DNA of 64,000 bases from Ostrea edulis (Eukaryota), in assembly GCF_947568905.1 (NCBI RefSeq), contig NC_079164.1, positions 36,580,001 to 36,644,000 on the forward strand, in the 5' to 3' direction. A program made the translations under genes and the position numbers. The notes below the pieces were generated by a model that did no database searches, was not told the DNA's origin, and saw nothing but the letters and a program-made list of their open reading frames with translations. Positions 1 through 9,340 of the stretch are shown one piece after another. Each line of letters starts with the position of its first letter. Positions within the stretch are counted from its first letter, which is position 1.

Positions 1-124
1 TGCAGGGTCTCCTATAATGGAACCGTCTGGCTGTTTATATCCAGCGTATCTAATCAGCTGGCCATTCCAGACTCTAAAGTCGTGTTTCCCGTCAGTTCTG
101 GGCGGGAAAATGGTTATGGCAGAC
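1..124 (-). CDS. NOS: NOS coding exon, truncated by window edge: [41 protein letters not shown]
   Basis: Follows a 108-bp intron (125-232; acceptor ctgtattcaag). Near-identical to the NOS SAITIFP...[14 protein letters not shown] motif. Confidence 0.97.
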
Positions 125-232
125 CTTGAATACAGACAACAGTACAACAGTAATCATTTACTGGTTTCCGTTTTCGATTTTAAAAAATCTACCACATCCT
201 CGAAGAAAATGTGTTTCATCATTAATACATAC

Positions 233-324
233 CTTATGTTCCCTTTATTGGTTCCGTATTTTATATGGTTGCATATGGCTTCAAACATGCCTCTTGCAGT
301 TGTGATATGCCTTGCATCAAATAC
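233..324 (-). CDS. NOS: NOS coding exon (92 bp): [30 protein letters not shown](R)
   Basis: Acceptor ttttgtattcag and donor AAG|GTATGT. Typical NOS oxygenase sequence. Phase 0 to 2. Confidence 0.97.
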
Positions 325-757
325 CTGAATACAAAATAATTATCCGAATAAGACTTTTCAAAGTACAATATGTTGATATTCACGAAGTCCATTTTATACT
401 AGGCTATTTAAGGACACTTGATACAAACACAAACAATGGATGGATGGATTGGTATATATTTTTTGCATTAATTTGGTTGCAATGTAATTACAAATATATA
501 ACTCTCCAAAAAGATAAGGGACTTGTAAATTTACTATGTTGTTCAAAAGTTGAAATATATTACCCCTCCATATATAACTGTTCACAAATTTTCCCCACTG
601 TTTTGGACTTCAGTGAGAAATCATAGGAATAAATTACACTCCATACGGTAAAATGCATTCATTTTATTTCTTTAAAAAAAACCTTAATTTACTTTTTTAT
701 TTTCATCAGTTTTGGGGGGAAACAATGTTTGTATCAAGTATCATAAATCATGCACAC

Positions 758-920
758 CTGTAGTTTATTCCACTGAATTCGTCCGATACACCTGGGAGCA
801 TTTCGCCACGCTGTTTTCGCGCCAAACGTGAGTTCACTGGAAGTGAGCTCATAAGTACCCGTCTTCTCGATAGCGGCTACCACCTCTTCCAACCGCTTAT
901 GGTACGATTGCGAGTTAATT
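758..920 (-). CDS. NOS: NOS coding exon (163 bp) with heme-ligating Cys: ...[35 protein letters not shown]
   Basis: Acceptor tttttattcgcag and donor CAG|[19 protein letters not shown] is the NOS heme-thiolate signature. Phase 2 to 0. Confidence 0.98.
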
Positions 921-1390
921 CTGCGAATAAAAAGATAGCATTGAACCTTAAAAGAAACTTACATAGAACTACGCCGATGTATAATTTTAATGCTTAAGTA
1001 CACCACATCGTAGATTAACTGAGAGGGCTCATCAGTGCTTTTACCCGTGCTTTGACGGAGAACAATTTTTCATACTCTAAATGAATTTTTGTGCATATAA
1101 TGAAACGGAAACCTGAAACTCCAAACTCTATAATCATGTCCTGAAAGTTTATTTGTAGAGAGAATATAAAACCCAAAACATCAGTATCTCTGCAACATGA
1201 AGTTCATAAGTTGCAATGCTTGCCTGAACCACGCTCATGAGGATACATGCATATTGTAGTAAGTTCTTGCTATTGCAAAAATACTCTAATTGAAAAAAAG
1301 GAAATCTTTGAAGATCTGCCACAGACGAAATCTGGTTCTAGGTGTCGTAAGTTTAAATATCATTTTGACAATAATTGGTAGTCTTTGTTT

Positions 1391-1398
1391 ATATATAT

Positions 1399-1444
<46 letters not shown>

Positions 1445-1464
1445 GGATAGATAGATATAGATAT
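1391..1464. repeat. (TA)n/(GATA)n microsatellite
   Basis: Direct reading; source of spurious IYLS-repeat ORFs. Confidence 0.97.
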
Positions 1465-2590
1465 CCTCAATATATGCAGGCATCTTGTCCCACCTTCGCT
1501 TTTGGGGCCGTAATTTGAACAAACTGGAATTAACAACAACATAAAGATCACTGTATTGAATGAATGTAGACTTCTTTTAATTAAAATTGTTCCATAAAAA
1601 AATAAAGTAACTTGCTTGTATATTTCTTTGTAAAATGTAAACCACCACGACCCCGGGATCACGATACATGTGTATAAGAAAACAACTAGAATTTACATAA
1701 TACAAGGATGTTGTCGAGTATCACATTACTTTATCATGTTCTTGAGAATTACTATCTATTGTGACGATTTTAAATATCTCCGTTATTTTTCATTACGTCA
1801 TACTGTAATTTTTTTTTTTTAATTATTACATAAAACTATTGTTGTTTTTTTTTCAATTTCCACCCACCTACTAAAACAAGACTAAAACAAAAATTTAATG
1901 CCCCATCACATGTACTATTGCGCACTGGAAGCATTCGTACACGGATGTTCATTTGTGAAATTAAACTGCTAGTTGTCGTGCAATTTCTACGGGGACGATC
2001 ACGTGTTCAGTGGAGTAGTACTATCTGAAAGCCGGTTAAGCTCTGCAGTAACTGTATGATTTGGTGCATGGGGTGGGGTGGGGATATTCCCGCCTGTTTA
2101 CAAAATTTCAGTAAAATGTTTTTGTTTCTAATCATCATTGCTCAGTGACCTATTTCAGTCTATCTGAGATCAAAGATATGTACAAAAATGTACGTGAAGA
2201 ATGAACGTGATTAACATTAAAGATAGTTATTTAGAACTCCTCAAGGTTACTTTTTAAGCCATTAAAACTAGGACGTAAACTGGAAAACCACAAGGAAATA
2301 TACTAAGGCAGTTAACATACTTTATTAACATTTTCAACAAAGTGTCTTACTCTAACAATGTCAAGTAGTAGTTGCAGGGTCAAAGTTTTTATGCCCACGA
2401 AATCGTAGAGGGGGTGGGGGTATTTTGCTGTTCGTCTGCCCGTTTCTTTGTCTGCAACTTTAATTTTGTATATAACTTTTAAACTAACACAAAATATACT
2501 TCATACTAGGTCAAACTGAAGTTCAAGGTCATTGATTGGTCAAGGTCATCCATTAAATTTAAATTTATCACAATTTTGTATGTTGTTTAA

Positions 2591-2967
2591 CTTATCACTT
2601 TTATGATAGAGTTATTAAAGCGGCATGATTTTAATAAAGCAAAAAGCGTGCATGGGGACCATTCAAGAATTTTCCCTCGTGTAGAGACGTCACCAACTTT
2701 AGGTGAAGTGCCGTTTTGACCTATGCATGGTTCATACGGCCGTAGTAGTGAGGGTTCTTTATTCTGCCGTGTTAGCGCTTTATACGTACGTCCACGTGAA
2801 GCGTACATTCATATCCCCACGTGTTCTTAAGTAAATCACCACGTGTTCTTAAGTATATCACGTTTGAGTTCATGATTCCCCCTTTCGATTGCTCGTAAAG
2901 TAAAATGAACGCTTTTTGCTTTGTTAAAATCATGAGCCTTTGATAACCCTATCATAAAAGTGATAAG
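2591..2967. mobile_element. MITE-like element with 59-bp imperfect terminal inverted repeats
   Basis: Left CTTATCACTTTTATGATAGAGTTATTAAAG...AAGCAAAAAGCGT is the reverse complement of right ACGCTTTTTGCTT...CCTATCATAAAAGTGATAAG. No coding capacity; no clear TSD. Confidence 0.8.
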
Positions 2968-4038
2968 GAATATTCAAAGCATGTATCGGAAAGTTTAAGA
3001 ATCCACAATCCCAGGCTTAAGAAGCAAGCACTATCGGCTGAGGTTCCATTCTGTCCTACGGATAATTACTAAACCGAATAACTATTATAATCCCGGAGAA
3101 ATGTGACAACAGATTTAATTTTCTAACATTTAAACTTAGCAATGCCATAATTTGGCAATTAATGATGATTATTTAATAAATATAAACATTTTTAATTGAA
3201 AAAATATTTGCTAAACATTTCATTAATTTCGATTTATTTGAGAACTAGGCAGTCCTAACATTACCTTTGAACCAAATGTTGCAATCTTAGTTTTATTATC
3301 CTGTTTCAATATACATGTACCCTGGTACTAGTATTAGAAAGGAACTTATATTTAAATTTACATATCAATCATTATAAATGATATAGTGCTATATAAATAT
3401 GGTATTATTATTACGAAAATCGATAGCGGATTGGGGCTTTGTTATGATATCAAATAATTTCTTGGATTTTCCGTCAACTACTCCCTGCCGCCACACACCA
3501 ATGTTCTAATTTTAACAACCAATGATTTACGAGTGAATTCCCATTCTACACTCATACTCCTTCTCTGTCTGTTGGTAGTCCTTGGCAATGAGCACTTTTT
3601 TATTCTTCTTTAAATTCAATTAACATAATACTATATATGCATTTCCCCTGGGTTTCCTCCTGTCGTATAGTTCTTGATTAGATATTCTATTTAACATTCC
3701 ATCCTAATTATCAGACCTGGCCTGCCCTATTCTACTCCACCTTACATTCCTTTCTAATCACCAGACCTAAGCTGTCCTACTCTATTTTACATTCCTTCCT
3801 TATCACCAGGTGTAATCTCCCCTGTTCCATTTTTCAATACTTCACATTCCATCCTATTCCACACACCTACTCTCCCCTATTCTGCTTTACATTCCCTTCC
3901 CATTCAATAGACATAGCCTTTCCATGACTTCCGGAGAAAGTACGCAAGTCAGGAAGTGCATATGACATTAAGCCCCCCTCTCTTGGCCCAGTCAACCAGG
4001 CTGTGTAGGAACGATGATTTGTGGGAATCTCTGTTGTG

Positions 4039-4122
4039 AGATACATGTCTCCCTCATGGCTTTGTGTATACTCCCTGCTGAGATACATTTCTCCCTCATG
4101 GCTTTGTGTATACTCCCTGCTG
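4039..4122. repeat. 42-bp tandem duplication
   Basis: gagatacat.tctccctcatggctttgtgtatactccctgct occurs twice. Confidence 0.9.
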
Positions 4123-4705
4123 GAATACGTCATCCACGAGCGTTCGGAACCGTTTTCAGTAGTACTCTTTGTTCAAACATGCGCATGTACAGCGATAAAC
4201 ACAAAATATCTATTCTGCAACACGACCAATGGTCAGTGTCAGTATGACAGCCACCGCTTTATTGTAACAGACGAAATATCTATTCTGCAAAAATAAATTA
4301 ATTTCACTTGCGCCGTATCATAAAATTGATGGAGATTAAAGCTGGGAAAGAGATTTAAAGGGAAGAATAATTCATTAAAAAAAAAGTTTGGGTCATAACT
4401 GAAGTCCATTTTACGGTTAGAAGCTTTTGAAATCTGTTAAATAGATTGGGCTGAAACATTCCAATTTTAATTTGATCCAACATATTTCCGTTCAATATCT
4501 CTATTCCACTTGGAGAAAGCAGGAGCGAAGTTGTATATGAATGGCCCCCATCTGACTATCAAAGTCTTTTAAAAATAAAAGTATTAAACACTCTGTCCAT
4601 TCTACGAGTAGAGACAGTAACAAAATTTCTAACAAAATATTTCACCCTATAGACCTTCACAACAGATAGATAACAAGATTTATTTCAATAGATCTCACAA
4701 CCGTT

Positions 4706-5256
4706 CGCGGTAGATCAGTGGTAGAGCGTTCGCTTCGTAGCCAGGGGGTCGTGAGTTCGAGCCCTGCTCGTGCATAGGCCACTTCAAACCTAAGACGTCG
4801 ATGTCTGTACTGATTGCTCCTTCACCAAACGCTGGGTATTTAGAAGTGAAAATCACCGGTCTTTCGGTTGGTTGATGTATTGTTTAACGTCCCGCTCAAG
4901 AATGTTTTACTCATATGGAGACGTGCCGGTGAAGGAGTGCAAAATTTAGGCCTATGCTCGGCGCTTACGGCTTTTAAGAAGAGAGGGATCTTAATCGTGT
5001 CATACCTGCAGTGATAGGGGGCGTCAGTTTGGGGGGTCTTACCTGAAGGAGCGCCCCATTTAGTCGCCTCTTACGACAAGCAAGTGGTATGACCTTAAAA
5101 ACGGGGGTCCCTTGTCGCGGCAGGTGTTGACACGTTAAATAACCCTGACTGCTACGCCCCTGAACGCTAAACATAGGTCTTAATTTATAATGCTTCTCAA
5201 TATGAGGGAAAATTCTCGAACAGTCGTAAAATAGCTATCCAACAGAGTTCACCCCT
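4706..5256 (+). mobile_element. tRNA-derived SINE (family B, Meta-like central domain) interrupted by an inverted SINE
   Basis: A-box-like tagatcagtggtagagc and B-box gagttcgagcc head, central gtctttcgg..tatgaccttaaaaacgggggtccc, tail ctcaatatgag.gaaaattctcga. Collinear with copies at 21976 and 62128. Confidence 0.8.
4868..5075 (-). mobile_element. 5'-truncated SINE (family C) nested in family B copy
   Basis: Reverse complement matches 20381-20533 and 25686-25817 (cttgtcgtaagaggcgactaaatgggg...) and ends in a caaccaa tail. Confidence 0.8.
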
Positions 5257-5362
5257 ATTTCACAATATATCTCTGACAAAATCTCCAACAAAAGATAAAA
5301 CCTTATTGATTTTCACAATATACATATACAAATATCCATCAGCAGATTTCATTCTATAGTTT

Positions 5363-5560
5363 AAAAGGTGAAGATAACGAACAGTGATCAATCTCATGAC
5401 TCCTATAAGGAATACAAAATAAAGAGTAGGGCAAACATGGACCCCTGGACATACCAGAGTTTGGATAAAATGTCTAGGAGGAGAAAGCATCCCCTGTTGA
5501 CCGGTCACACCCGCCGTAGTCAAAATGAGTGTGTAAAGAACAGCCTCAATTGGAATGAAT
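5363..5560 (-). mobile_element. Family A retroelement 3'-end copy (internal ~38-bp deletion)
   Basis: Matches the gtgaagataacgaacagtgatcaatctc...gggcaaacatggacccctgg...gaccggtcacacccgccg consensus of 10 copies. Confidence 0.85.
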
Positions 5561-6040
5561 CATATAGTGATGGAAATAGAATCTGACTCATCCTATGGCA
5601 CAGTGATGTAATTCAGTAATTTCTATCAGTAGAATAAACACAGTAAATGTCTACTAGTAGGCCCCACCAATGAATCTGTATCAAAATACTCCAACCATTA
5701 GATCTCAACAAAAATCTAAACCCTCGTAAAAAGACTATGATAGTTAAGTATTAAAATTTAGCACACTGTATACAGCTTTAAATTCGCTCCTGCTTATTTT
5801 CAAGGTGTCTTGTATTAATCCATTTCTCGCACTTTTAAAGTCACAGTTTACACGTGCCGCTTCCTTATCGATGTATATCAACTATAGGTTTCCATTTACA
5901 ATTTTTGACAATAAAAAAAAAAATCGAAAATCCAACTGTATGAAAATCAGATTATATACAGTAGTAAATCAAGATATCAAAGTGTTTTCTATCCTTAAGT
6001 TATATATCTTACTATCCACTACAAATCTGATCAAGTGGAT

Positions 6041-6420
6041 CCATCCAGTAAATCTCAACCAAAAGATTCTGACCCAAAAATCTCTACCAAAAGATTCTGA
6101 CCCATTAAGTCTACCAAAAGATTCTGACCCAAAAATCTCTACCAAAAGATTCTCACCCAAAAATCTCTACCAAAAGATTCTCACCCAAAAATCTCTACCA
6201 AAAGATTCTCACCCATTAAGTCTACCAAAAGATTCTGACCCAAAAATCTCTACCAAAAGATTCTCACCCATTAAGTCTACCAAAAGATTCAGTCTACCAA
6301 AAATCTCTACCAACAGACTCTGACCCAGTAAATCTACCAAAAGATTCTGACCCAATAATTTCTATCAAAAGATTCTGACACAGTAAATCTCTTCAAGTAG
6401 ACTTCGCTCGGTAGACCTCT
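6041..6420. repeat. 27/28-bp minisatellite (aaaagattctgacccaaaaatctctacc and variants)
   Basis: About 12 tandem units with decaying flanks. Confidence 0.92.
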
Positions 6421-6507
6421 CCCAAAAGACTCAACCATATAAATATTTATCAGTGAACTTCATCCAGTAAATACATATTAATCGTGTGACATCTGAAGTG
6501 TGTCTAC

Positions 6508-6653
6508 CTTTTGATGGAGGTGTAGTATTGCTCTATGAAGTCTTTGGCCTGTAGTAATACCTCCTCCTTTGGGCGGGGTTCCCCCGGACCTCTCTTATTG
6601 CTGGTGAACCCCATGATCGATCCCAAGCACCGATTTGAGTTGCAGGGAACATT
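6508..6653 (-). CDS. NOS: NOS coding exon (146 bp): NVPCNSNRCLGSIMGFTSNKRGPGEPRPKEEVLLQAKDFIEQYYTSIK(R)
   Basis: Acceptor ttttgtaacag and donor AAG|GTAGAC. Contains the Zn-tetrathiolate CX4C motif, GSIM and AKDFIEQYY. In frame with flanking exons (phase 0 to 2). Confidence 0.97.
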
Positions 6654-7316
6654 CTGTTACAAAATAAATGAAAGGATAGCAGATCTGGTGTAGTGTTAAT
6701 GGTTCTCTGAGTAGAATGTACAAAATCAAGTACATGAACTGGCCCTGGTGTAGCCACAAAGTTAATGAAGCTTTTTCATACAAGAAGGCGATGAACTAAT
6801 AGATGACAATAAGCATCAGTGTCAATTCAGCAGAAATTAATTGTAAACAAACAAAATTGAAGAGGTTTTTCCGTTTTTTCTTGGGGCAATTCCCGATATA
6901 TTCATTATATTTTTACCCAATATTGACAGGGGCTGCTCTTTTACACACACAAAAAATATAATTTGTTTACATTGTATGAATTATGCTGAAAATTGTTACT
7001 AAAACCGAATTTGTTAATATTGGCAAGCTGGTATATGACTCTATATTCGTTAGGTGACAATTTGATGAATAGACAATGGCTAATTTGGCACGTTTACAAA
7101 CAAACTTTGTCATTGATTAAATTATCTAAAGAATTTAGATGTGAGAACATGAAGATTGAATGTTTTGCGATGTAAATTACGTAAATTTACTACTTAAGAC
7201 AAAGACTTTCCGAAACATGTTCTAGATAATTAGTGTCTATTCATCAAATTAATGAATTAACAATAACCAAGAAAACCAACAAAATCAAAAACAAACAAAA
7301 AACACAACTGACTCAC

Positions 7317-8327
7317 CTCTAAAGACTTGTTGTGTAATGTGTCCGTATACACTATCTTTTCATCTGCAACATTTTTAATCTTCACGAACTTTTTGGCGGA
7401 ATTTGCCGACACTGGTCTCTTTCTTCTTGCAGACGGACTGTGAGCCTCGTCATCAGACCATCCGTTCGCATGGCCGTTCTGACCTGCCCCGTTCACCTTC
7501 AATGTCGTTGAGGAATTCGGTATTATTTTAGAATCCATATTTTGCTCTACTTTTTTATTGCCGGGTTCCTCAGTAGGCTTATGATCTGTCGCTGCTGAGT
7601 TCTTAGTTACCTCGGGGTTGGTTTTTGGGGTCCCTGACGAGGATCTGTCGGTTTGTGTCACTACTATTGCTGGAGATCCCCCGTTACACTGTGAAGTAGT
7701 AACTTCGGTCTGCGAGTTGGTGGCCGTTTGCACTCCGGCGTCAATCACACTGCTTCTGGTAACTAATGTTGTTGAACTCATAGGAAAATGTCTCTCAATT
7801 GGGCACATGAAACAGTTTTCCTCAATAGTTGTGTCGTGCAGACACTTTTCTGCTGACGAGTTGGGTATTATGTTATTGCTGCGGTTAGCCTTGTTCCTGC
7901 TGTAATTAGAGGGAGACTGGGATCGGGAGCGACTGAACGTTCTCCGTATGCGGCCCACGAGGGAATCGTTTGTAGGGACCACTTTGGTCACTCTTACAGT
8001 CTTAGGAACACCGTTTTCCTGAAAGGTGGTTTCAAGGTGCGTGGAATATCCATCCGGTCCTCGCAAAAGTAGGGCGACCGGGGCATCAATTGGTAAAGCC
8101 TTTAACAGTTCTACGGCGTTTTCATAGCTGGTCTCTGACATGTCAATCTCATTTACACGGGTTATGACATCACCAACATGGACCAACCCACTCTGTTCCG
8201 CCATCCCCCCGGCCACCAAGGCGGATATACAAACAAATGGCGGGGCTTTCCGAGGACGTATAAGAAAACCCAATCCATCTTGTCGTCTCTTGATTAATTT
8301 AACCCGTATCAAATTATAGTCTTCCAT
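7317..8327 (-). CDS. NOS: Nitric oxide synthase, first coding exon (337 aa): PDZ domain, beta-finger, low-complexity linker, start of oxygenase domain
   Basis: Translation GLGFLI...GGMAEQSGLVHVGDVI...LLRGPDGYSTHLETTFQENGVPKTVRVT closely matches the nNOS PDZ plus beta-finger, and KIKNVADEKIVYTDTLHNKS matches the oxygenase N-terminus. Phase-0 donor GAG|GTGAGT at 7317/7316, so the listed ORF tail to 7257 is intron. An in-frame TGA lies upstream of the ATG. Confidence 0.97.
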
Positions 8328-8499
8328 GACAAATCAGCCTTTGCAGTAGTAGTCTCATAAGGCACCAGGCCGTCTTCTCAGGTAGAAATGTACTGCTACA
8401 CTAAACAATTATTTTTCAATATGTTGATTTCATCAGTTCAAAGTGGTTCTATGTATCCATCACAGGTGATGTAGCGTGCGATTTCCGTAAGATATATAT
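8328..8499 (-). other. NOS: 5'-UTR part of the NOS PDZ exon (acceptor at 8500-8501); implies at least one upstream non-coding exon
   Basis: Polypyrimidine acceptor gttattttctttcag|ATATAT lies 172 nt upstream of the ATG. Confidence 0.75.
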
Positions 8500-8938
8500 C
8501 TGAAAGAAAATAACTATACGATTAAGAGCAACACTGATCGAAGTTTAAAACGCATTGATCTATTGATCGGACGTGACGTTTTAAAACAAAACTGTTAGGA
8601 CTTATACAATTTGCTTTGTCGATGATAAGTTGAAATACCTTTAATACCACGAAGTCAATGCAAAGTTATATATTGGGAACTTAATCAACAGAGTTTTGAA
8701 CTCGAAAGAGTTACGTAAAATATGTCTGACCTCTGGTATTATTTTATATTGAAATTGCGAAGCATTTCAAAAATATTTTAAAAGAGTTAACACCAAATCG
8801 ATGTACATAGAATATCATTATCTCGAGACCTCTTACAATTTGTATCAAATTTATCACTGAAACCACATAATCCATATCAATCATTGCCTTGTCATTGTAG
8901 ACTCCACCAATCCCCCAAGTCGGGGTGTCATTTTAATA

Positions 8939-9007
8939 CAGATACAGTATCATGTGTACAGATACAGTTTTATGTGTACAGATACAGTTTTATGTGTACA
9001 GATACAT
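8939..9007. repeat. 20-bp tandem repeat x3 (acagatacagttttatgtgt)
   Basis: Direct reading. Confidence 0.9.
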
Positions 9008-9174
9008 AATTTTGAGTAAGGATATGTAGGAGAATATTGTTTTGAAAAGATATATGAATCTGAGAGCGCCCCCAGGCATGCACATAAAGCGACTGGTGCC
9101 ATTACAGAGATCTCTAGTTCTACGTGAGGGGATGCCTGAAACAGATCTTGTTTTACGGAGAAACCGGGTAGGAA

Positions 9175-9340
9175 TTTTCATATTTCAAATTTGATTACAA
9201 GTATATGAATTTTCGGGAATTTTTACATTTCAAATTTGATTATATGTATATGAATTTTCACATTTAAATTTGATAACATGTTTATGAATTTTCAAAGATT
9301 TTCACATTTTGAATTTGATTACAAATATATGAATTTTCAT
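9175..9340. repeat. Degenerate ~35-45-bp tandem repeat (gaattttcacatttcaaatttgattacaagtatat) x4
   Basis: Direct reading. Confidence 0.8.

Noticed and set aside
17-328. Plus-strand 103-aa ORF (also 7618-7905 and 6533-6783 ORFs)
   Set aside because: These are antisense or off-frame shadows of genuine NOS exons.
4706-4780. tRNA genes at SINE heads (also 21976, 55087, 62017, 62128, 62620)
   Set aside because: A/B boxes are present, but cloverleaf stems fail and most continue into SINE bodies.
5260-5586. Recurrent ...GVTGQQGMLSPPRHLIP... peptides (also at 46224, 48696, 59237, 60880) as a small gene family
   Set aside because: All are translations of the family A repeat 3' UTR, with copy-specific frameshifts and deletions.
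5805-6323. 172-aa ORF with SLPKDSDP repeats
   Set aside because: Produced by the 27/28-bp minisatellite; no splice context or homology.
7257-7316. C-terminal VSQLCFLFVFDFVGFLGYC of the listed 356-aa ORF as a transmembrane tail
   Set aside because: It lies past the GAG|GTGAGT donor; NOS homology continues in the 6653 exon, so this is intron read-through.
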